A stretch of 64,000 nucleotides of DNA. It comes from Bilabrum cf. latius. Taxonomy: Eukaryota. Below are positions 1 to 14,300 of this stretch, one piece after another. The stretch's first letter is position 1; every line of letters begins with the position of its first letter. The stretch spans positions 62,001-126,000 of the forward strand of contig OZ237750.1 of NCBI GenBank assembly GCA_965178125.1, in the 5' to 3' direction. A program made the position numbers and the translations under genes. The notes beneath the pieces were generated by a model that was not told the origin of the DNA, did no database searches, and worked only from the letters and a program-made list of their open reading frames with translations.

Positions 1-2036
1 CATCTCCTGATTCTGCGCCACCCCTGAGCTCATCTCGCAGCCCGACCAGCTCCGGCGCCGTCAGCAGCAGCAGGGAGAGCATGTCCACCATGAGGTTTAC
101 GAACCTTCGCTCAAACTTCGACGGAGAAGAACTTCGGCGCCCGTCTCTGGTCGTTGCATCGGTAACATCAGTTGACGTAGCCTAGGCGCTGGCTGTGACG
201 AGCGTTGCACCCGGGCTATCCTCGCTTGCACCCGCGTCGCGACCGTCTGCGCCGCGTAGTAGCCTGGCTAGCGTGACATACGTGGCTCTCGAATCGAGCA
301 AGTCGCACAGGTGCCTCAAAATCTTGGCTCCTCGCGTCTCTCGCAGCCTTTCCCTGGTCCTTAACTGCTCGAGCACGCTGCGAAGAAGCCTGCCACGGAA
401 GGCGGCCGGGTCCACCTGGCACATGGCCCCGAGCACTTCGAGGTGCGAGCCCAGCTCCCCCTCAGAAATGCTCTCGTTGGACACATTGGTCAGCAGAGGC
501 AAAGAAACGGAGTCAACCGCAGACATGACGTGCCCTGGGTACAGCTCCAGCAGCAGCAGCAACCAGGCCAGCGACCACGCCCGGCAAAGCTTGCTGTCCG
601 AAGACACGTACTTGGTGACCATCTCAACCAGCATGCGGATATCGGTGGACTGAAGACGGCCCCCACCTGAAGGATCCGCGTCTTCGTTCTCGTCGCTATC
701 CGCTGCTTGGTCTACGTTCCCGGCAGATGCAGCTGCCGTGGCAGCACCTGCGGACGCAGCGGCCGCACCGCTTGCAGCCGCCCCTTTCGCGGTACCTTTG
801 CCCGAGCTACTCCCGCCTTCTATACCACCCGGCTGACCGGCACTACTCTCGCCCAAGGCACCGCCGGTACTCACCGTCATGCTAGCCCCACTAGCTCCAG
901 CAGCAACCCCGCCGGTGGGCCGGCCGTCGCCTTCAGACATGAGTCGTGCGAGCCCCATGAGCACCCTGTTCACCCCCTGGGCCTCCTCCTGCACAGCTGC
1001 GTCCTCATCCGAGGCAGCCAGCAGCACGGCCTTCACAGTGGAGGGAAGCATGCGAGCCGCGCCCCTGCCGCACCTCTCTGTCACCAGCCTGGTCCACCGC
1101 AGTGCAACCCTCCGCGGATATGTCGGTCCGGACTCTACCTGCTGCACCAGCTTGGCCACCACTGCAGGGGCGTTGATGCCTCGGAGCAGCTCGTCGGGTG
1201 CGAGTGTCTCCACGATCGCGTAGAACCGCTCAAGCGCCTGCGCAGCAGCATCGCTGACCTCTGGCGCGCGGGTGCTTGTTGCGAGCAGTTCCAGGAGCCG
1301 ATCCACAAATTCAGATAAGAAAACCACCATGTCGATCCCGGGCACGTTATCCAGTGCCTGCAGCCACCACACCATGAGCAGGGACAGGTCCTTGGACGTG
1401 CTCTGGCACACCTACAGCAGCACGGGGAGAAACCCAGCCACGTCGAAATCCTCCCCGGCCTGGTACACCACCTCCCGCAGCAGCTCGTTCAGTCGCTGGG
1501 CCGCCCCCACGACGCGCAAGTCATCGTCCTGGTGCAATCTAGCCACCGCTACGAAGAGGATCCGTACGAGGACTGGGTCCGTGGCCATGGCGCTCCTCGA
1601 GGTCTTGCACAGCTCGAATAGAGCCTCCACCCCCTACAGCCTGAGCTCGGGCTCCCGCGCGCCTACCACCTCCATGGTCGCCCGGAGCATCTCTGCCACA
1701 TGCGGCTCCAGCTATGCCTGGGTGAGGACCCTGGCGAGCTCCTTGATGACTGCCATGGCTCCCTGCAATGAGGTGAGCAGCACGGGATAGACTCACGCTT
1801 TGTGGACCAGCAGATAGTGCAGTTAATACGATTTTGACGCAGTACAAGCTCACCATTATTGCTAGTAGGTCCTATTGTCCCATCTATAGATCCGTAAATA
1901 CTCGAATGACATCTGCAGCGCCTTGCTTGTTCTCGATAAGCAAGCCTCTAACGATGTGTCCGATTGCCGTTGCGCCTCTTGATCGCTCCGTGGCATCTCT
2001 GCCCCGTAAACGACGCAATTCCTGCACAATATTCAT
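1..2036 (-). CDS. VAC14: VAC14 HEAT-repeat scaffold of the PIKfyve/Fab1 complex; runs off the window start; needs TAG read-through
   Basis: ATG 2036; probable intron 1853-1763 (GTGAG...CAG; an alternative donor at ~1796 is possible). In-frame TAGs at 1884, 1872, 1712, 1634, 1412, 182. Motifs ELRL*GVEALFELCK, FDVAGFLPVLL*VCQ...WLQALDNVPGIDM and FVNLMVDMLSLLLLTAPELVGLRDEL resemble VAC14 (RYYACEALYN, FDLVSFIPLLRERI...VPDINL, ILLTSTELFQLR). Confidence 0.88.
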
Positions 2037-2393
2037 CGAAATGTGTTGCCAAATAAAATACTGACGGAGTTCATGCCATGAAGACATTCGCAGCAGTCTC
2101 AGTGCAGCTTACTGTTTCAGGAATCAACGACTATCCTCCCCGTGCGCTACTGGAGCCAGCTGACTGCTAACCAGATGATGCCATTGATGGAATTGATAGT
2201 ACTGATGCCAAATGACAGCGCCAACCGACTCAAATACACTTTTTGTTGCAGTTGCAGATCGCGTCCTAGAACCATCACGCTACAATTGTCAAATCGGATT
2301 TTGCGGTGTTTGAACTGGGCGGTGGAAGGCAACAAACCGCCCATCTTCGTGCTTACTTATCCAAATACCATGAATATCGGAATAAGCAACATT

Positions 2394-3474
2394 ATGGAAG
2401 ACCCCATGGTTAGTATGGCATCCTATATGCTCGATTTTTGCGCATTTTAACCGAATGTGAACAGCCCATGCGCAACAATAAATAGTCAAATAGCCCTACC
2501 GCAGGCCATCTTTACTTTGGCGGTGATTTTGCTGCCTCCTGTCAAACATTGGTTTGACTGCTTTGGGTATGGCATCAGGGAGCTTGCATTCAAGAGCGAG
2601 ACTTGCCAGGCGACGTTTGTGCAAGATATCAGCAACTACTTCACGGACCGCTATTTCTTGGCGGCTCTCGGGATTTACTTGGTAGTGCTCTTCTACGTCC
2701 AGCCGTCGAAGAAGGTCAAGTCGTTTGGTTGGTACGGGCTCGTGAAAGGCCATTGGTACCTGCTGAACGCCTGCTTTATCCATTTTCTCATGGATGGCTG
2801 CGTCGGTGTCCTCTCCCAGTTCAAAGACCAGGAGTCGTGGGGGCACTCCTGGGACCTCATGTACCACCAGTACCGTTTGCTTGACATCCGCTTCCAGCGC
2901 CTGGACTGGAACGGAGAGCCGAACACGCGTTACCCCATCAACTGGGTGGTGCCGGCCATCATGGGCACGATGGAGATGCTCATCCACGCCCCCCTGTGCA
3001 TCGCCACCTACTACGGGTACAAGCACCGCTCCGCCTGGCGCGCCCCCGTGGAGATCCTGGCCTCAATGATCCAGCTCGTGGGCGCCATCATCTTCATGTA
3101 CGGAGAGAACATCCGGGGGGTGCACAACCTGTTCCCCAACTCGATGGACAGCGAGGGCAGCGAGCACGAGGGCATCGACGGCAACTCTGACATGATGCGC
3201 GGCTACAATGACGCCTCGGACACGGGCAAATTGGCCAACATGGGCGTTTACTACTACTTTGGCTTCTGGTTCGCCAACTGGATCTGGATCGTCGTGCCTG
3301 CGTACTTTATCTACGAGTGCACCATGGAGATCGCGGATGCAGTGGACGCGCGCGCCAACACTCTACAGGTGTTTCAGAAGGCCATGGATAACCCCGAGGA
3401 GTTCAGCTTGGCACTGCAGGATCTCTTGGGCGTCGATGGCGGCGACAGCGTGGTCGACTCGGACGGGGAGGAGC

Positions 3475-3518
<44 letters not shown>

Positions 3519-3797
3519 CATGAGGGCGAGGCGGCAGAGGCCGAGGCTGAGCAGGCCTTTGACGCCGCTGAGGAGGCCGCCGAGCAGGAGGATGAGAGCG
3601 ACTCGGAGGAAGAGGAAGAGCAGCAGCAGGAGCAGCCCGAGGCAGAGGAGGAGGAAGAAGAACAGGAGGAAGAAGAGGAGGAAGACAAGCCCCGCAGAGG
3701 GCGCCGCAAGACGACCACTCCCAAGCGCCGCGCCCCGTCAAGGGGCCGCCAGACTAAGTCGAAGCCGAGTTCTCGCAAGTGGGGGACTGACATGTGA
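2394..3797 (+). CDS. EBP/EXPERA-family membrane protein (sterol isomerase-like) with a long acidic tail and basic C-terminus
   Basis: Probable exon 2394-2408 (MEDPM), intron 2409-2504 (GTTAGT...CGCAG), exon 2505-3797 ending TGA. Motifs HWYLLNACFIHFLMDG, YRLLDIRF, YYYFGFWFANWIWIVVP are EBP-like. No in-frame TAG. Confidence 0.75.
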
Positions 3798-4024
3798 GCA
3801 GCTGCAGTATCTCCTGATCTAGATCTAGTGGGGTCGATTGGTTCCGGTATGAGCGCCTCACCGGCTGCCGGCCCAAGGTCCGGTCACCTTTGGAAGCGTT
3901 TCGGGCCTAGAGCGTTCAAATGTGGAAAACAAGAATTGAATGCTTGCCATGTCATCCGATGGGTTTACGACCGCTAATTGCGAGCTTCAACTCTGGTCAC
4001 TGCCATACTGGCCTACTTCACACC

Positions 4025-7000
4025 TCAAATCCTGCCTCGCCTACTCTTGGTGCTCCCAGTGCTCCTCCCGGACGACCCTCTCGTCAGCTGGCCCGTCCTC
4101 AAGCCACTCCCCGGTCTCGAGGACAGCAGCTGCGCACCCCCTGCGATGGCGGCGCGGTTGGCGCGTCGACCCAGGCCCAGTCCCACCGCCCGGGAGCCAG
4201 CTGCCGCATGCCCGCCCGGCCTCCCTGCACCGCCCCCAGACCGGGTCGGCACGGGGCCTGCCTGCGTGCCTGGGCCCCCATCACCACGCGGACTGCTGCT
4301 GCCTCTACCCCCCCTGTGAGGAGCTCCATCACCGGACTGCCTTGCGCCGCCAGGACTGCCCCCATCATCTGGCGCCTCCTCCTCCTCGCCCGAGCCCTCC
4401 TCGTTGTCCTTGCCCTCGCCAGCACCATCGCCATCCACGCCCACTAGCAAGGGCCGAGCACCGCCCCGTCCAGCCACCATGGGTGATACTGCCGGCGATG
4501 GTCCATTGGAGCCGCGCAGCTGCATACCGGCAGGCAAGGCTACTGGACGGGGCCGCTGGCTACCTGCTGCTGGCGATGAGCCCGGGGATACGATAGGCGT
4601 GGCCTACCCATCACCGGCGAGACCTGAGCTGGGGCCAATCCCATTTGCATCTGTGCTCGCGCGTGCAGAGGGTGGCGCGCCGTCGCTCACGCGATGCTCC
4701 TGCAGTGCATTGCTAGGTATGGGCTTGCCACCAGAGCGCAGCCGCATTCGGAGCGACGCACTGCTCGCCCGGTCCTGCAGCAGTTGCAGCTGCTCCTGCC
4801 TGAGAATGCCCGGCCTAGCCAGCCCTTTGGCTGCCACAAGCCCAAGGGCTAGGGCATGGCTCCCGCGGCCAGCCCGATGACCCCCCTGCCAGTCCGCTCG
4901 CTTGACGGATGCTGCTGCTGCTGCTACTGTTTGTCCCTTGCCGAGCTTTACGTCGCCCTGCACGCACTTGAGGGCCCCTTGCACCGCTGTCACTAGACCC
5001 ATCACGCCTGCGTCCCAGGACTCTCCGCCCAGCAGTGCCTTGGCCGGCAGGAGTCGGGCCGCATGAATCACCTCGTCTCTGCGGTAGTTCCACCCTGGCG
5101 CCACGTGCGACCCCGGCGTTCTGATGCTCACCCGCTCGATCGTCTGGATGGCGTGGAGGACGGCGCCGGACACTGTGGTCGCTCGAGCGTGGCGGTCCTG
5201 GGCCATTGCAGCAATCGCCTCGATCACGGCACTCGCCGCTGCCGAGGCTCGGAGGTTCCCCACGGTCTCGCTGCCTCCTTGCGCCCGCACCTGCGGCATC
5301 ATGGCTAGCAGCGCCCCTTCGAGCGCCTCGTGGATGCCGTGCTCCACCTCGGGCTGGTGCTGAGCCAGGCGGCTGGCGGCAGCGATCGGCCCCGTCGCGT
5401 GCTCGGTTAATCCGATCCTGCCAGGACCCAAACCTCCCTGCCTGGCCAGCTGTATCAGCTCTCGGAGGAGCGCCTAGGCCGATGCTTGAGACGAATACGG
5501 GGTGTGGTAGGCTGCAAGTCTGCCAGCGACCGGTGGGGGCTTCCGCACGATTGAATCGGACCGCTGTACCCCACCGGGTGATTGCAAGATCACCTGGGCG
5601 TTCATCAGTGCGGCTCGAAGCTCCTTGCCTATCACATCTGGCAAGGCCTCTTCCTGCAAAGCTGCCCGGGGGGTACTGGCCGCTGGTGCTAGCGGCAGGG
5701 CGGCGAGCGCCGCAGCCACCTGCTTGAGAGCTGTTGCTGAGGAAATCGACAGGTCGGTAGTGGGCCCTTGATCACCTTCAGCGTCGGATTGCTCCTCCAA
5801 CAGGCTGAGCAACTCGTCCGAATCGAGATCTAGGTCTACAGCCGGCAGCCTAACCTTGCCTGCCTCCCTCCATGGCAGCTCCCCACTCCTAGTGGCTGAT
5901 GCCGCCCGTTCCTCAAGGCCTCCCTCCTGTGGTGGAATAGAAGCGCCCTTCCCAACGGATGGATCAAGGTGGATAGGCAGGTGCTGGCAGCTGGCGCTGC
6001 TGCTGGCCCCATCTCCTACGATTTCTCCCGCTTGCTCGTGGCCTAGGGTCCTGTACAGGATCACAAATTCGGGCAGGAGCTGCTCCGGGTGGAAAAAGGC
6101 GAACTCGCCCCTGCCCTGGCTGTAAGCCACTGGAGCCTGCCGCACCGCCTCTTCTCTCCCGTGCCGCCGCACTTCCTGCTGGCACGCTTGCGACACGCGC
6201 TTCAGCTCCTCTGCTGTAAAGTCGGGCAGCTGCTCCCCACCAAGTGCACCGCTAGGATCGCCCCCGTCGTCAGCAGGTTTGCCTTCCAATCGAGCCTTCC
6301 ATTCCTAACCAGGCCCAGCATGCACCACCCCGGGTATTATGGAGCGGCATAGCACTGCGACTCGTATGGCGTCGCCAGGGGGTGAGATGGAGAGGTTCTG
6401 CTGCAACTAGTGGTGCTGATCGTCCACTGTGCTTGGTCTACCACTGCTGTCGGCTGCATGATGTGCCGCGGGGTGCACGGCCGACAGCAGCGGTGGCATC
6501 GGACCGAATCTTCCTGCTCCTGCTCCTGCTCCTGTTCCTGCCTCGCGAGCTGCGAAAGCGTGCGTCTATGCGTCCCTCCGAGCCTCCCGCTCCAGCACGT
6601 GGGCCCGCTGGCCCAGTGCCTTCAGCGCCGCCTCTCGCCGGCTCGTCGCCCGATTGCCCGCCTTGGTTCCCGCCGGTGCATTCGTGCGCATCCCTGGATG
6701 GGCCCAATCTAGGGCTCCAGCTGGGGGCCAAAAGCTTGAGCTGGGAGCACCTTGCAGTGCATTGCGGGTGGTGCCGTCGCTTGTCTCGGCGCCATCTGCT
6801 GCATCGCTTCGCAGCGCCATGCCTCGCTCGCTCTCGGGAGTCGAGTACCGGCTGGCGCGGATCCAGGGAACACCATACTAATTGCATTGCAGCGCACGTG
6901 CAGCGGCCGCTCCTGCGTTCACGGCAGCCTCCGCCCACCCCGAGAGGTGACCAGCAGAGGCGCCAAGCCACGCACCAGCCGATGTCGCTGCATCTGTCTT

Positions 7001-7664
7001 GCCGAGTCCCTCGCCTGTCTCGAAATGAATCGCCCCGAGCCTCGCAGCCGCCTCCTGCATGCTTCCGCTCGTTGCTCCTGTCTCTGCGCCCTAGCCAACC
7101 GAGTGGAGGCTCTTCGCATCCCTTGCGAGGGAAGAGGCGGTCGATGGAGAGGATGAGCCTGAGGGCGAGGATGTCCGTCCTCCGAATCCTGCAGTCTGTC
7201 TCGCCTCGTGAGTCACTCGAGCCTTGAACACGCTGTTTGCTACTCCTAAAAGCGCATCGCCGGCGTCATCCCCACTGTCCATCTTGCCTGCATCCTGAGA
7301 TTCGCCGGCTTTTTCCACTGAAAGCGGGCAGCAAGGCCCAAAGCCACGGACCATAAGGGCCGGCAGCACGCTCGGGTGTGGGTGCACAAATACACCCCTG
7401 ACTGATCCTGGCGGGAGGCCCTGGGACCTCTGTTGGAACGCCGCAAGCAGGCCTGGGTTGTGCAGGCGCAACACGCCAGACACCGCGAAGCGACCAAATT
7501 GAGTTCTCGCTGGACCAGAAGCATTGAAGAACCCTGGGCGCACGTTGCTCATTGCTGCAGTTTCACACCTATGAAACTGCCCCAGGCTTCGTGGGAGCCA
7601 CTGCAGTCTAAGGCTGCCGCAGGACTCTGCGGCGAGATGCTAAGACATCGTTTCTAAAGCATGC
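4025..7664 (-). CDS. ~1,200-aa uncharacterised protein with a PARP/ADP-ribosyltransferase-fold-like domain split by low-complexity inserts; 5' exon unresolved
   Basis: ORF pieces 7091-7552, 6878-7060, 6566-6820, 5474-6289, 4604-5431, 4025-4537 share one frame, joined at TAGs, and end in TGA 4025-4027. Segments VLRLHNPGLLAAFQQR, IRVAVLCRSIIPG and GEFAFFHPEQLLPEFVILYR resemble PARP-fold strands (LRRC9-type). CAG acceptor just upstream of 7664. Confidence 0.6.
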
Positions 7665-8370
7665 CTGCACAAAGCAGTCTCTGCCGATCTAGAGGCCAGT
7701 CTCTGATCCAAACATAATCGAAATGCTAGCTATTGTACTAGCGAAGCTGACTAGAATGCGAATCGAGCCTAGGATCGTTGGCAAGTAGCCTACTGATGGA
7801 GTTGCACGTCTGCACGTGCAGACGGACTCAGAGTCTTCAGCCTCGACAACGACTCATGTAGTCCATTAAAGCTTAAATTCAAAAGAGCAGGACGGCGCTA
7901 CTCTTGACTGGCGCTGTAATTCTCCAAAGAATGGGAGTCTGGGATGCTGGGGTGCCGTTCAAACTAGCCTCCTCGACTTGGGACGATAATTCTGCCGCCG
8001 GTACCCTGCACGACTTGCTACATGCCTTCAGATCTTATTGCGGAAACCTACATGAATTAGACATTCTGAAAAACTATACTGCGCAAATTCAAATATCAAG
8101 AAAAACCGGAATCACCGGCTTCATCGCGACGGCTGCTGCACCGGCGGTCCGTGCAGCAACTGCAGGCTGACAAATCAGTCCGCATCGCCAGATGGAACTC
8201 CAAGTCACCTGCCCATCCACCTGGTGCGATTAATCCTTCAGCTCTCAGGAACACCAGCACAGGCAGATGGTCCCAGGTCGGACTGGTAATGGCCCCAAGC
8301 AGCTGTGCATTCGATGCCGCCCCGCAAGGCTATTCGCGCTGATTTGACGCCGTCCATTGCATGTGCTATC

Positions 8371-11300
8371 TCACGATATCTACCTCACCGCCCGCTACAT
8401 TGCATCCACCACAAAATCTCCTGCCCGTGCCGCGAGGATCTGCACATTGGTATCAAGCAGCCACCTGCGGATGCGTTCAGCTGCCCCTGGGTTCTTCTTA
8501 GCGTGGGACAGCAAATCTGCAATACGCCCCATCACAGCCGAAATTGGAGTGATCTATCCATCTCCCGCGCCTGCTGTTGGCTTTATCGTGAACGATCTCA
8601 GCGCCACAACGAGCGCAACTACGTGCATCTCGGCAGGACTGCTGTCGGGAAACTCCAGCAGGGTGGCCGTGCCGTGCGTCTCAGCGGCCAGGTGGATCAG
8701 GTTCAACCGAGCTAGAGCAGCCACCAGACTGGCCTTGGTGTATTCTGCTATAGGGTCGTTGGACTCTTCCTCAAACATCCAGACGCTTCCAAGCCGGACA
8801 GCAGCGCGTAGTCCGATGCGAGAGGTGCGCGAGTCGTTGTGTCCTGCCATGCGTGCCAGCTGCACCAGGACCTCGCGCTCTGATGGATCTCCAAGATCTT
8901 CAAGTCGCTATCGCTCCTTCAAAAGAAAAGGTAATGCCTTGGTCGCGCTTGCAACGTCATCAATTGCACCATGAGCTGCAGCTGGTGCGGCCACGCCGGC
9001 TTTTGGAGCATCGCTGGTACTGGCTCCATCAATCGCTAGACCTGCGGCTCCTATTACCTTCGCGCTCGAGGCTCGAACGATGGATGTCTGCACAACCCTA
9101 TTGGGCTCCTGAAAGGGGGTTGTCAGGTTCGGCGGTGGTCGCGAACCAATAACGACACCACGGGATGCGTAGACCCGTGCAGATGCACATGCACCCGCTA
9201 CATTACCTACAACGATAGCACTGCGCTAGCTGACAGCTCTGATGAAAGCTTCGAGTGCTCCACCGGCCGGACTGGATCGTGATGGCAAACCGCAGGTCCA
9301 TTGCAGGTCATCAGGTATATTATCGAAAGAAGCGAGCTTGTCGGCTTCCACGACCTTTCCAAGGCGCCGAAGAGGCAGGCCATTCTCCTTCAATACCGCC
9401 TTCGCGCGCCCACGCAAGACCTTGAACGTTTCATGCGACCGATCGTCGCTCTTGTTCCCGGCAGTATCAGGTTGCGGCTGCTCTTTATCAGTCAAGACAT
9501 CCGCATTCAGATCCTTCAGCCCAGCAGCGCATTTAAAGAGAGCGTCCCGATCCGACATTGATTCGAGCACTTCCTTGATGACCATCTTATCCTACTCTGC
9601 TGAGGCCTCCTGACGTTTTTGTCCGGCAGACATCAGGCAGTCGGGATCGAGCCTGGGCACGCTGCCTTGCTTCTACTTGTCTCGACGTCTCGCCACATCA
9701 GCAGCATCCGGCGGTATCATGCACGACAGCAATGGCATGTCGCCATAATACCATGCAGGGCAAGACACTATGAGAACGTGGCTGAAGCCAGATTCAGGTG
9801 ACTGTGCAAGCCCGAACGCGATTGAGCCGGCTCCGCGTTCAGCAACGAGTGGCACTACAGATCCACCATGCACGCGGAGCTTTGACTCCGACCAGGCCTG
9901 TAACGCGTCCGATACCATAGTTTGGCTACGTAATTGCTTCACAGAGCCAAGTGGCCACTCTAACGGAGCATCAAGCTCGCCGGAGACGACAGAGTGTGAA
10001 CTTTGCGCGTCTACTGCAAAGACTCTAGGCATCATATTGCCAGTTTTGCTCATCTGTTCGATCCAGAAAAAGTCTGAAATCAGCGAGCGGTGCAGATCTA
10101 GCAAGATCTTGCCATGCCGTCTGACCACATGTAGTTCGACATCGGAGGGAAGCTCATGAGAAACAGGTTCCTGTGTCTTCTTTACTGGCTTTCGCACTGA
10201 CACAGGTGACACGTAGACACTGCCGATAGCCTCGAGCTCATCCGCAGTCTCTTCAATTTGCTAATTAGCCAGCCAAGTGGCTTCCTAGCGAACTAGGCCA
10301 TCCCTTTCCATTCCAAACACGAAGTCAAACTCCCGAAGCGAATGCTCTACCACGTGGAGGCAGTGCTTTTTCACGTCTCGAGTCTTGAGCCAAAATGACT
10401 GACCGATGGACTCTATCACAGCTCTAACCGACGATTTTGTTTTGAGGCTGTGAAGTGTGTTTCCTCTATTCATAGATCCCATCACGATAGTCTTCTGCCC
10501 CACTGCTAACATGGGCACCCCGAGCACACGGATAGTCTCCTGGCCGTCGCGCCCAGGCACATCGACCAATGCAAAAGGGGGAATACGTGCACCGACAACA
10601 GCTTGGTACCCCCAAGCCATTGCACTCGCTTCCTATTTCAGAGCCTTGGCTGCCATCACGCTGCTGCCATACCTGGAAGTAGTGCAACCACTAACCTTCA
10701 GGAATAGGCCTCGCTCCGTATCAATTAGTTTGGTAGATCCGCTGCTGCTAGAGCCTTCAGCTGGACCCCCCTGCTTTATACGGATGGAAGAATCGGCAAA
10801 GCTACGTCTGCCGTACAGCACGTCCGCAATCTCTTCCGCTGATCGCTGGACGCTCGCCTCAAAGTCTAGTTCCGTAGATGCGATGCTGGCAGATGCGGTA
10901 CAGGCAGATGTGGCACTAGGGGTTGCGCTAGTAGCACTAGCAGCTGCACCACTGGCGCCTTCATTGATATTATTACCAGCACCGCTGGGTTGTTCAAGCC
11001 AGCGATGCCCCTAGCTGATGGCGGCCGCGGTCTCGTCTGCCTCGGCCGTGGGAGGCCACTTGATTTGGCCGCGTGGTACAGTATCAGGCATTGCAGTAGC
11101 GACGCTCTACAGCTAAAGAGCTCGCCCTGGAGTGTCGAGACTCCATGTCGACGACTATGCACGGCTTCTAACTAAAGTGGCTGCTGTATCACCGGCTCCT
11201 GCCCGCTGGTCGTCGACTCCAGCCCTCGTGCCCCGCAAGACCGATAGCACGTCATCAATGGAAGTCGCACCGAGGGGTCCACCAGAAGGTCTATCATCTG

Positions 11301-14300
11301 CTCCAATGTACGATTCAACACGTTTCCGTGACTTCTTGGGACTGATGACGACATCCACAGCGGTACAGACCGACGCACCAGGAGGCACCTCCGCCTGCAG
11401 CACATCTGCAAGGGGCACTGCTTCGGTCGACTGATCGTCTCTTTCGACCAGCACACGCCCGTCGGAGCTGAGTCGAAGCTAAATTCGTTCGATCTGCTGG
11501 ATCTCGCCAAGGTCCGAATGTGGCTTGATTGACACAGCGAGGCAACCCGGGGTACCAGAGAAACGAATCACAAACGCCGGCCCATCTGTATTTTGAAGCA
11601 TTTCGCTTGCCGCTTCATGGGTCGCAAATGGGACGAAAGCTCCTTCAGGGAGATCGAAGATGCCGTCAATTCGCATGACTCGCTGCAGAGTCTTCTCAAG
11701 CCCCCGTATTTTAAGATGGCATCGGTCGTGCTCAAGCGTATGTGCTCGCGCTTCTTTCTTTGGCGGCGACCTCACCCCAGTGGATGCTGCCACTGCAAAT
11801 GCGTCAGCGTCTATTCCATTCCCGATGAATTCCCGCAACTGATCCGCGGCTCTCTCATGCTAGGCTGTGCCTGAATTCCGGATCTTCCAGTGCCGCAAGT
11901 GGCGGCCTCCCACAATATCAGCGCAAGCATCCAGGGTGGCATTCAGGACAAAGCTGTCAAGTAGGTGCTTGTCAAGTGGCACATAAGGTGCACCCATTGA
12001 TTGGATGGGGTGGCGAGGCGGGCGTTCGACCGCCACCTTACCGACAGATTTCATCTCGTTGTCATCTGCCAGCTGCTGCTGCACCATGGCCTTGCGCCAC
12101 ACGTGTCCGAAGAGGGTGCGGCACTGTTGAATGTGCCTCCAAATCGCCAAGAGACCGTACTGAACAGCATCCAGCCCCCCAATGTAGTATGTTTGCACAG
12201 GCTACTCCCTTAGAGGGACTGCACAGGTAGGAACGCGAGCGATTGTCCACTTGTCGACCTCAGCGGCACGCGAATCCAGCAGACCACGGCCATCTGAGCG
12301 TGAACCCCAGATGTCTGCACTCCGAACCTCACAGACTGCAGCAGCAAAGTCGAGATCGGCCAATTGGAGCATGAACGCATCCTTCTGCTTCTCATCTAGA
12401 GTCTCAAGTCGCCTGCAAATCGCAGCAGGGAGCCTGCTGGAGTCAGTCGGCGCGTCAGGCTCCGATGCACCTGCGGCGGCCAAAACAGCCGCATCATCCC
12501 CTCCAAGCAATCGAGGGTGTATGAAGCGAAAATCGTCGTCCGTTGAAATATCTGCAAATTCTACACCTGAAGTCCCGTGCCGAGTAGCTGTGGCCGCAGC
12601 CAGGGTGCTGCTCTCTTTGCCCCCATGGCCGGGTTTTGGATCCCCGCCAGCTGCAGCAGCTTCAGGAATCGGGCTTGCTTTGCCGAGTTGGTCGCTAGCT
12701 GCGACTGCTACACCAGTCGTAGTCGCTGCTTGCCTAAATCGATCCAACAAGCGTCTCGGCATGAGCCCACAGACAACGTGCCGCACATGGTCTGGTTTCA
12801 GCAAGCAGACCGGAGGTCTCTCTGCGGCGAGTAGTGTCCCGGTTCCTGCCGTGTAAAGAACGCAGGTGCCTTCAGGCCTTGGACGAGACTCTCCACTCTA
12901 AATCAGGCCCATAAGCAGCTTAATGCCCGGGTGGTCGATGGGGTCTTCAAGATCGAGACCGTTGGTCTGGGCAAGCTGAAGGTCGAGCCCGAGCGTGACC
13001 ATCGTCTTTTCAGTGCTCAAACTCGAATGATCGGTGCGTTCTACTCGGTGTCTTGCACGATACAATAGAGGACGGTATCCTCTCAATCGATCAGGCTATG
13101 AGCTCGCCCTTGTGCTCCCTTCCGGTGACCTCCACGTGTCTCTGGCACGCCTTACATCTGCAGTAGACAGGTGAGCGTCGAGCCCATCGATAAGAACAAG
13201 TACATTCTTCCAGCGTTCGAGCTCCTATGCAACCGTATCTAAACTGTCGCAGTTCAAAATACGGGAGTATCTCACGAGCCATTCCCGCTCGTGCACCGTG
13301 TGCACCTCGTGAGTGCCTTGTAGTCGCACGATGTGCCTGAGAATGCCGGCACACACGCATGCCTTCAGTCTACGAATCAGGGCCCGCTCCATCTTACTCC
13401 AAAGGGTTGCATGCGCGCGGGCTCGTTGCACTCTCCCGTGGACTACCTACATGGGAGACCGGATGTGCTGCGCTCCGCCTGCTTGTGTTGCCAACCGCCA
13501 CCCCTCTAGCTCCCAGGCCTCCATAGCATCACCAATGGGCAGCTCTTCAATGGATGTCGCAGCAAGGATGTCACCGACAGGCACAAAAAAGACGCCCCCC
13601 GTGAATCTATCGCGCCAGCGAGCATGCCTACCAACGGCCATCACAACAGAAGTCTTGCCGGACCTTGGCCATCCTAGCAGGCCGATGCACTGAGCGGATC
13701 GCTTGCTAACATCTTCGGGGTCCAGCACGTCCATGATTTGTGTGAGACCGACGCGGTTGTGCGCCAGAAGCGACTGCTCGACCTCAGTGGTAGCGCTCGC
13801 TGGATCGCTTGGACTACCGCTGGTGTGCTGCAATGGGGAGGGCACGAACCACGGCATCCGATCGAGATTTGCGGAGGAAACGCTGGCGTGCCCTGACGAT
13901 TCGCTGCTCCCTGCTCCTGACGAAGGGCCGGGGCCTGAGAGATCCTGGATGAACGCAACTGCTGGGTCTCGCCGAGCGACCGGCTCGCAAAAGACCATAT
14001 CGCCAACAGGATCGCCAGTCTCTGGATCGAACGCCTCCGTGGGTGGTCGAGCTGTGCGGGTCATGGAGGATAAGCCCCTCATCGGATACGAGCTCGCGAC
14101 TGCGATGCTTGACTCAGCCACCCGCCGTGATAGACTGCCGCCTGCGCCTCCTGATGGCCGTCTCTTGTCTGATTGCACCGTTGCTTCCGTTTGTCGGAGC
14201 TCTGCATCACCTATACCGTACTATTCGATCCGCGAGGGGTCTGACCCTGCACTCGCGGCTGCCACTGCCGGCCCACCTGAATTCGACCGCATTACCACTA

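Noticed and set aside
7807-7824. 18-bp perfect palindrome CGTCTGCACGTGCAGACG
   Set aside because: One such palindrome is not unexpected by chance in 64 kb of GC-rich DNA.
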